Shown piece by piece: positions 59,071-64,000 of a stretch of DNA of 64,000 nucleotides. The position numbers and the translations under genes are program-made. Below the pieces are notes generated by a model. That model made no database searches, was not told where the DNA came from, and saw nothing but the letters and a program-made list of their open reading frames with translations. The stretch is from an uncultured Alphaproteobacteria bacterium (GTDB taxonomy: Bacteria > Pseudomonadota > Alphaproteobacteria > Rhodobacterales > Rhodobacteraceae). Position 1 is the stretch's first letter. Every line of letters starts with the position of its first letter. The DNA is taken from contig CABZEG010000005.1 of the NCBI GenBank assembly GCA_902524655.1, positions 3,851-67,850 of the forward strand, written 5' to 3'.

Positions 59071-59538
59071 TGCATTTACAAGCAAAAAGATAAACTTTTT
59101 AATAAAAAAATAAAGCACTTAACACATTTTGAATGAGGTCATTAAAATATAAAGGGCAATTAAATTTTTAGTTTGAGAAATATGAAACAACAGATTGGTT
59201 AAAAAAAAAATATTTTTCAGGAAATATTCTTATTTAATACACTTTTTTACATTGCTTGCACACATTTGATATCAACCAACAAACAAGAGCAGAGGCGCAC
59301 TTTTTTTTAATTCCACTAATGTAAAAGCAAATTTAAAAAATTAAAGAAGACCTTCTCATTTGTTTTAAGAACATGCTTTAAAAAGGCTACAAATTTGCAT
59401 TGAAATACCAAAATACAATTTTGAAATTTGATAGTTCCAGCATAGAAACAAAAATCTGGTAAAGATATCGACAAAGCGGAAGCTGAACTCTAAAAAACCC
59501 GGGTCATCATTCTAACGCTGTAATAATTTACCTGATGT

Positions 59539-60702
59539 TTATTTAAGAGGAATTAACTTTTCTATCAATTTCGCAAAAAAACTTGCTCCTATTGGTGAAA
59601 GATCATCATTAAAGTCATATTCTGGGCTATGGACCGGTCTTCCAACACCCTGACCGACATGGAAATAACACCCAGGACGCTCCTCTATCATATAAGAAAA
59701 GTCCTCAGAGGCCATTATCGGTTTTGCATTTATGTCTACGTTTTGTATACCTACAATCTCTTCGGCTGCAGCGGCTGCTAGCTTAGTTTCTTTTTGATGA
59801 TTTACTGTAGGAGGATACCCATAGTTATAGTCCAATTTTATTTTTCCTCCGAACCCATGGCTGTGGCCTTTGCACAATTCTTTTAGCCTTTTTACAATAA
59901 GCCTTTGTGCTTCTTTAGATAAAGTCCGGACTGTGCCACTGATATATGCTTCGTTAGGAATAATATTATGCGTGGTCCCTGCATGAAACTGGGTAATAGA
60001 AATGACTACTTTTTCCAATGCCCGTAAATTTCTTGACGAAATAGTTTGAATAGCTTGAACAAGCTGAACCCCTATCACGAGTGGATCAATTGTTTCTTCT
60101 GGTTCTGCTGCATGACCACCTTTACCAACAACTTTAATCGTAAAGTCATCTGCGGCTGCCATGTTAGGGCCAATACAAGTTTTAAAAAAACCTAAGGGAG
60201 ATCCGGGGTCATTATGGATCCCATATACTTCATCAATCCGAAACTTTTTCATTATGCCTTCTTCACACATGACCTTTGCCCCTCCCCCTCCTTCCTCCGC
60301 AGGCTGAAAAATCAAGGCTACATGTCCAGAAAAATTTCTGGTCTCACATAAGTATTTGGCAGCTCCCAATAGCATAGTGGTGTGTCCATCATGTCCACAA
60401 GCATGCATAACTCCTGGTCTTTTGGATTTATACTCTTTGTTGGTCATTTCTGATAATGGCAATGCATCCATATCAGCTCTGAGCCCAATTGTTTTTCCGA
60501 CAGAATTACCATTTATAATTGCGACAATGCCCGTTTTTGCAATTTCAGTAAAAATTTCATCTACCCCAAACTCTTCTAATTTAGATTTAACAAACTTAGC
60601 AGTATTAAAACAATCAAACCCCAATTCAGGATTAGCATGCATATAATGTCTCCATTCTTGCATTTCATCGAAGTAATCTGCTATTCTATTAATAATCGGC
60701 AT
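59539..60702 (-). CDS. M20D-family amidohydrolase (hippurate hydrolase / N-acyl-amino-acid amidohydrolase-like)
   Basis: WRHYMHANPELGF, GLRADMDALP, HACGHDGHTTMLLGAA, FQPAEEGGGGA. Confidence 0.9.
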   Translation of the reverse strand: MPIINRIADYFDEMQEWRHYMHANPELGFDCFNTAKFVKSKLEEFGVDEIFTEIAKTGIVAIINGNSVGKTIGLRADMDALPLSEMTNKEYKSKRPGVMHACGHDGHTTMLLGAAKYLCETRNFSGHVALIFQPAEEGGGGAKVMCEEGIMKKFRIDEVYGIHNDPGSPLGFFKTCIGPNMAAADDFTIKVVGKGGHAAEPEETIDPLVIGVQLVQAIQTISSRNLRALEKVVISITQFHAGTTHNIIPNEAYISGTVRTLSKEAQRLIVKRLKELCKGHSHGFGGKIKLDYNYGYPPTVNHQKETKLAAAAAEEIVGIQNVDINAKPIMASEDFSYMIEERPGCYFHVGQGVGRPVHSPEYDFNDDLSPIGASFFAKLIEKLIPLK

Positions 60703-60779
60703 AGTTTTATTGTATTTCTGTCAATGAGGTTTTATGAAATAAGCTACGACGTCTCATTCATAATAATATTTATAAGATT

Positions 60780-61982
60780 TTGTATAAAGAGTTAATTATG
60801 ATTATTATTGATCAATCACCTGTCGAAAATGATTTTGTTCAAAACCCTTATATTTTCTATCGTAAAATTCTGAAAAAAGGTGGTATTTGTTATTGGCAAA
60901 ATTACAAACAAAAAGCTTTTTTCAACTTTGAAAGCATAAATAAAATTTTTAAGGACAAAAGGTTTGGTAGAGAAGTCCCTTCGAACTTATTACAACCCGA
61001 TGAAACGAATCTTGCTCATTTTTACAGAATTGAGCGAAATTCAATGCTGGAACTGGAAGGCAAAAGACATTCCCGGTTACGCGGATTAGTATTACGTGCA
61101 TTTACCTCTAAAAATATTCGAAAGATATCTAAAGACATAGACAGGCTGTGCGCCAGTTTATTGGATAAGATGGATGATGGAGACACAGATTTAATAGAAT
61201 GCTATGCAAAACAAGTCCCAGTAATTACTATAGCTAGTCTATTAGGAATACCTGAAGATATGTCAAATCAACTGTTAAAGTGGTCAAATGCTATGGTTGC
61301 TGTATATCAAGCAGAAATATCGGAGAACACTAAGAACTTAGCAAACCAATCTTCTAGAGAATTTTTTGAATATATCGAAGAATATGTAAACGAACGTCGT
61401 TCAAAGCCTGCAAACGACTTAATAACTCATCTAATTAATGCAGAAGAAAATAATCAAAAGCTTAATTTTGATGAGCTAGTCTCTACTTGCATTTTATTAT
61501 TGAATGCAGGACATGAAGCAACAGTACACACTATAGGTAATGGGATTAAAGCGTTAGTTGCTAATAATATTGATTGTCGGTTTTTAAAAGAGAAAGATTG
61601 GTATAATATTGTAGAAGAGATACTTAGGTACGACCCACCACTTCATATGTTCACAAGATATGCTTACGAAAATTTAATTTTAGATAATGTAGAAATTTCC
61701 AGTGGCGAAAGCATTATTTTGGTAATCGGTGCAGCCGGTCACGACGAGAAAAGATGGTATAACCCATCTAAGTTTATACCGAATAGACGACCTTTAACGC
61801 ATAATTCATTTGGTGCAGGAGTTCATTTTTGTCTTGGAGCGCCTTTGGCGCGTTTAGAAATAAATTATGCACTAAAAAATCTTTTTAATAAAAAAAGACA
61901 TATTCAAATGCTCCAAAAGCCTGAATATGCAGATATTTATCATTTTCACGGTCTCAAGTCATTAAATGTTGAAATACGTTGA
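60780..61982 (+). CDS. Cytochrome P450
   Basis: Heme-thiolate loop FGAGVHFCLGAPLAR, I-helix LLNAGHEAT, EEILRYDPP (ExxR). An alternative start is the ATG at 60798. Confidence 0.9.
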   Translation: MYKELIMIIIDQSPVENDFVQNPYIFYRKILKKGGICYWQNYKQKAFFNFESINKIFKDKRFGREVPSNLLQPDETNLAHFYRIERNSMLELEGKRHSRLRGLVLRAFTSKNIRKISKDIDRLCASLLDKMDDGDTDLIECYAKQVPVITIASLLGIPEDMSNQLLKWSNAMVAVYQAEISENTKNLANQSSREFFEYIEEYVNERRSKPANDLITHLINAEENNQKLNFDELVSTCILLLNAGHEATVHTIGNGIKALVANNIDCRFLKEKDWYNIVEEILRYDPPLHMFTRYAYENLILDNVEISSGESIILVIGAAGHDEKRWYNPSKFIPNRRPLTHNSFGAGVHFCLGAPLARLEINYALKNLFNKKRHIQMLQKPEYADIYHFHGLKSLNVEIR

Positions 61983-62043
61983 ATGATCTCTTGACTTAAA
62001 ATGTTTAAAAGAAATAATTTTTAATTAAAAATAATAATAGTTT

Positions 62044-62643
62044 TTGATCATGAAACACTTTCGCTTTGTCATCGCTTTTGTAATTTTTCTAGTTTCATTA
62101 AATTTAGGTCCTTTAGAAAACTTCATATCTCTAAATGATCTTCTGAGAGAAAATCGTGTCTATTACTTCGAAAAGAATAGTACCCCCGTAAGTGGCCCGG
62201 TCAAAACTTTTTGGAATAACGGATACGTAGAAAATACTGGGACACTCTTAAATGGGTTGAAACAAGATTCTTGGGAATATTTTCACGATAACGGCAAACT
62301 CAGAGCAAAAGGTTCGTATATTAAGGGTGAAAGAAATGGTAACTGGTTAACTTTTTTTAATAACGGAAATATGCGATCTAAGGAGGAATATGAAGAAGGT
62401 ATTAAATCAGGTGTTTGGGTCTTTTATTATAGAAGTGGCAATATTCGGACCGAAGAAGAATATAAAGACGGCAATCTGGAGGGTATTTGGAGGTTTTATC
62501 TTGAAACCGGAGAATTGATGGAGAATGGGTACCAAAAAAATGGCGTTAGAGATGGGATTTTGGAGATTTTCGATAAATCAGGTGATGTTATTAAAAAAGA
62601 GACATGGAAAATGGGCATTCTGACGGATGTAGAATTATACTAA
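62044..62643 (+). CDS. Exported MORN-variant repeat protein (YwqK-like)
   Basis: Signal peptide followed by repeated G..G.W..Y..NG units (DSWEYFHDNGKLRAKGSY, GNWLTFFNNGNMRS, GVWVFYYRSGNIRT, GIWRFYLETGEL). Confidence 0.72.
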   Translation: MIMKHFRFVIAFVIFLVSLNLGPLENFISLNDLLRENRVYYFEKNSTPVSGPVKTFWNNGYVENTGTLLNGLKQDSWEYFHDNGKLRAKGSYIKGERNGNWLTFFNNGNMRSKEEYEEGIKSGVWVFYYRSGNIRTEEEYKDGNLEGIWRFYLETGELMENGYQKNGVRDGILEIFDKSGDVIKKETWKMGILTDVELY

Positions 62644-62961
62644 ATGCAAGAAAAAAAAATCACAAAAAGCATTAACAAAAAAGATTGCTGTGGAACCAAA
62701 TTTCAACTGGCAGTATGGACAGAAATTGCAAAGATCGAAACTGGAACCACTATAACATACGCTGAGCTGGCAATTCGACTTGGAAAGCCCAAAGCTGCAC
62801 GAGCTGTTGCAAACGCTTGTGGTAAAAACCCTTATCCTGGCCCAATACCTTGTCACAGAGTACTTAGATCGGATGGTTCTTTAGGAGGTTATAGTGGTGT
62901 GGGAGGAGTAAAGACAAAACGAAAGCTACTAGCAAGAGAAATAAAGATTCCCAATGAATGA
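62644..62961 (+). CDS. ogt: Methylated-DNA--protein-cysteine methyltransferase, short single-domain form
   Basis: Active site IPCHRVLRSDGSLGGY and TYAELA...GKPKAARAVANACGKNP. The ATG directly follows the stop of the previous gene. Confidence 0.85.
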   Translation: MQEKKITKSINKKDCCGTKFQLAVWTEIAKIETGTTITYAELAIRLGKPKAARAVANACGKNPYPGPIPCHRVLRSDGSLGGYSGVGGVKTKRKLLAREIKIPNE

Positions 62962-62967
62962 GATCAG

Positions 62968-64000
62968 TTGTTGCTAGGAGACCTTAGAAACGTTTTAGCA
63001 TTGACCATTGCGCAAGCGGTTTTAGGCTCCCAAATGCCAATGTATATTATTTTAGGTGGTCTTGTGGGCCAATCGATTTCTCCCAGTCCTTGCTATGCGA
63101 CCTTACCAGTATCTTTACTAATTATTGGTTCAATGATAAGTTCTCCAATCCTCGCAAGTCTCATGCAAGCAACTACCAGGAGGCTTGGATTGATTGTCGG
63201 AAATTTTGCTGGCTTAGTAGGATCACTAACTTCACTTGCCGGAATATTTATACGATCATTCGAGCTTTTTTTATTAGGCTCTTTTATTTCAGGTGGGTAT
63301 ATGGCTTCACAAGCATTTTATAGATTTACTGCTACCGACAATTGTGCAGATAGGTTTAAAGCACGATATATATCAATCGTTCTTTCGGGCGGGCTTATTG
63401 CCGCCATTTTAGGACCTTCTTTAATAAAAATATCTATAAATTTCAGCGGATCAGAGCCATTTCTCTATTCTTATTTAGCTATAGTAATATTGAATTGTGT
63501 CGGTCCTTTTATATTGTTTTATGTTAAGCCGGCCACTCAATATAAATCATTCAAAAGAACCACCACCAAAGATTTAATTCTGGAGAGATCAAATTTAAAC
63601 AGGTCAGTAATAATTATTTTTCAAAATCCCGCAATATTAGTTTCAATAATTTGTTCTATGATTGCATATGGTGTCATGAACCTCATTATGACTTCTTCAC
63701 CCATTGCAATTGTTGGCTGTGGATATGATACTAACCAAGCGGCAAGTGTTGTGTCAGCTCATGCATTGGCAATGTTTGCTCCTTCGTTTATCACCGGAAA
63801 ATTAATTGAAAAATATGGAGACAGGTCAATTATATTAACAGGTATGGCTTTGTTATTACTGTCAGTTTTAATAGCATATCAAGGAATAGATATCTGGAAC
63901 TTTTACTTATCATTAATATTGATTGGCATCGGATGGAATTTTGGATTCATCGGATCAACCAGTCTTTTAACAAAAAATCACTATCCATCTGAAAGAGAAA
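62968..64000 (+). CDS. MFS-type transporter (partial; runs off the window end)
   Basis: Absent from the ORF track because it is open-ended. Manual translation from TTG 62968 gives LLLGDLRNVLALTIAQAVLGSQMPMYIILGGLVGQSISPSPCYATLPVSLLIIGSM..., with no stop through position 64000 and repeated TM segments. Confidence 0.65.
   Translation, partial: MLLGDLRNVLALTIAQAVLGSQMPMYIILGGLVGQSISPSPCYATLPVSLLIIGSMISSPILASLMQATTRRLGLIVGNFAGLVGSLTSLAGIFIRSFELFLLGSFISGGYMASQAFYRFTATDNCADRFKARYISIVLSGGLIAAILGPSLIKISINFSGSEPFLYSYLAIVILNCVGPFILFYVKPATQYKSFKRTTTKDLILERSNLNRSVIIIFQNPAILVSIICSMIAYGVMNLIMTSSPIAIVGCGYDTNQAASVVSAHALAMFAPSFITGKLIEKYGDRSIILTGMALLLLSVLIAYQGIDIWNFYLSLILIGIGWNFGFIGSTSLLTKNHYPSERE

Noticed and set aside
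50162-59538. Direct repeat of the guaA 3' end that would mark the far att site of the island
   Set aside because: I scanned the long spacers by eye for the terminal guaA sequence (…CCCCCTGGTACAATTGAGTGGGAG) and for copies of the 49435-49474 repeat arms and found none. The island boundary therefore remains undefined, and a computational repeat search is still needed.
63090-63323. 77-aa plus-strand track ORF near the window end
   Set aside because: It is out of frame with the long open MFS-transporter frame that runs from 62968 to the window end.

Overview
This 64-kb window comes from an AT-rich, very tightly packed alphaproteobacterial chromosome. The alphaproteobacterial call rests on gene content: a DUF1476 zeta ATPase inhibitor, TrmFO, CcmFH and MsrPQ. 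A Pelagibacterales/HIMB59-like streamlined marine lineage is my inference, not a demonstrated fact. Positions 1-49427 are almost pure housekeeping genes with intergenic gaps of 0-130 nt and many overlapping stop/start codons. The genes are partial mfd, hemB, a SUF Fe-S operon (Rrf2 regulator, NifS-like desulfurase, sufBCD, two embedded Yip1-like membrane genes, sufS), tyrS, two cyclophilins, coaD, uvrA, ssb, gyrA, trmFO, hisI, recG, ligA, mnmA, yaaA, ccmFH, msrPQ, a Sir2-like gene plus pncA, panB, tRNA-Asp, tRNA-Val, lon, tgt, SufT-like/ErpA-like, tpiA, a non-Pyl MttB homolog and guaA. The character changes directly at the guaA stop codon. There is a 10-bp-stem inverted repeat and then a decayed tyrosine-integrase N-terminus fused to or followed by a stop-interrupted accessory ORF. 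After that comes a loosely packed segment (spacers of 156-610 nt, some about 20 percent GC) holding stand-alone tailoring enzymes: an FkbM methyltransferase, an acyltransferase-3/SGNH O-acyltransferase, a TPR-SAM methyltransferase fusion, a two-domain GNAT-like protein, an unlisted 52-aa HTH ORF and a PIG-L deacetylase. I read this as a degenerate guaA-targeted island or hypervariable surface-modification region, and it is the best candidate for something undescribed here. The window ends with DUF952, an M20 amidohydrolase, a P450, a MORN-repeat protein, a short MGMT and a partial MFS transporter. I found no rRNA, CRISPR array, intact transposase or integrase, or recognisable canonical defence system. 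All functional calls come from reading motifs by eye; no searches were run.
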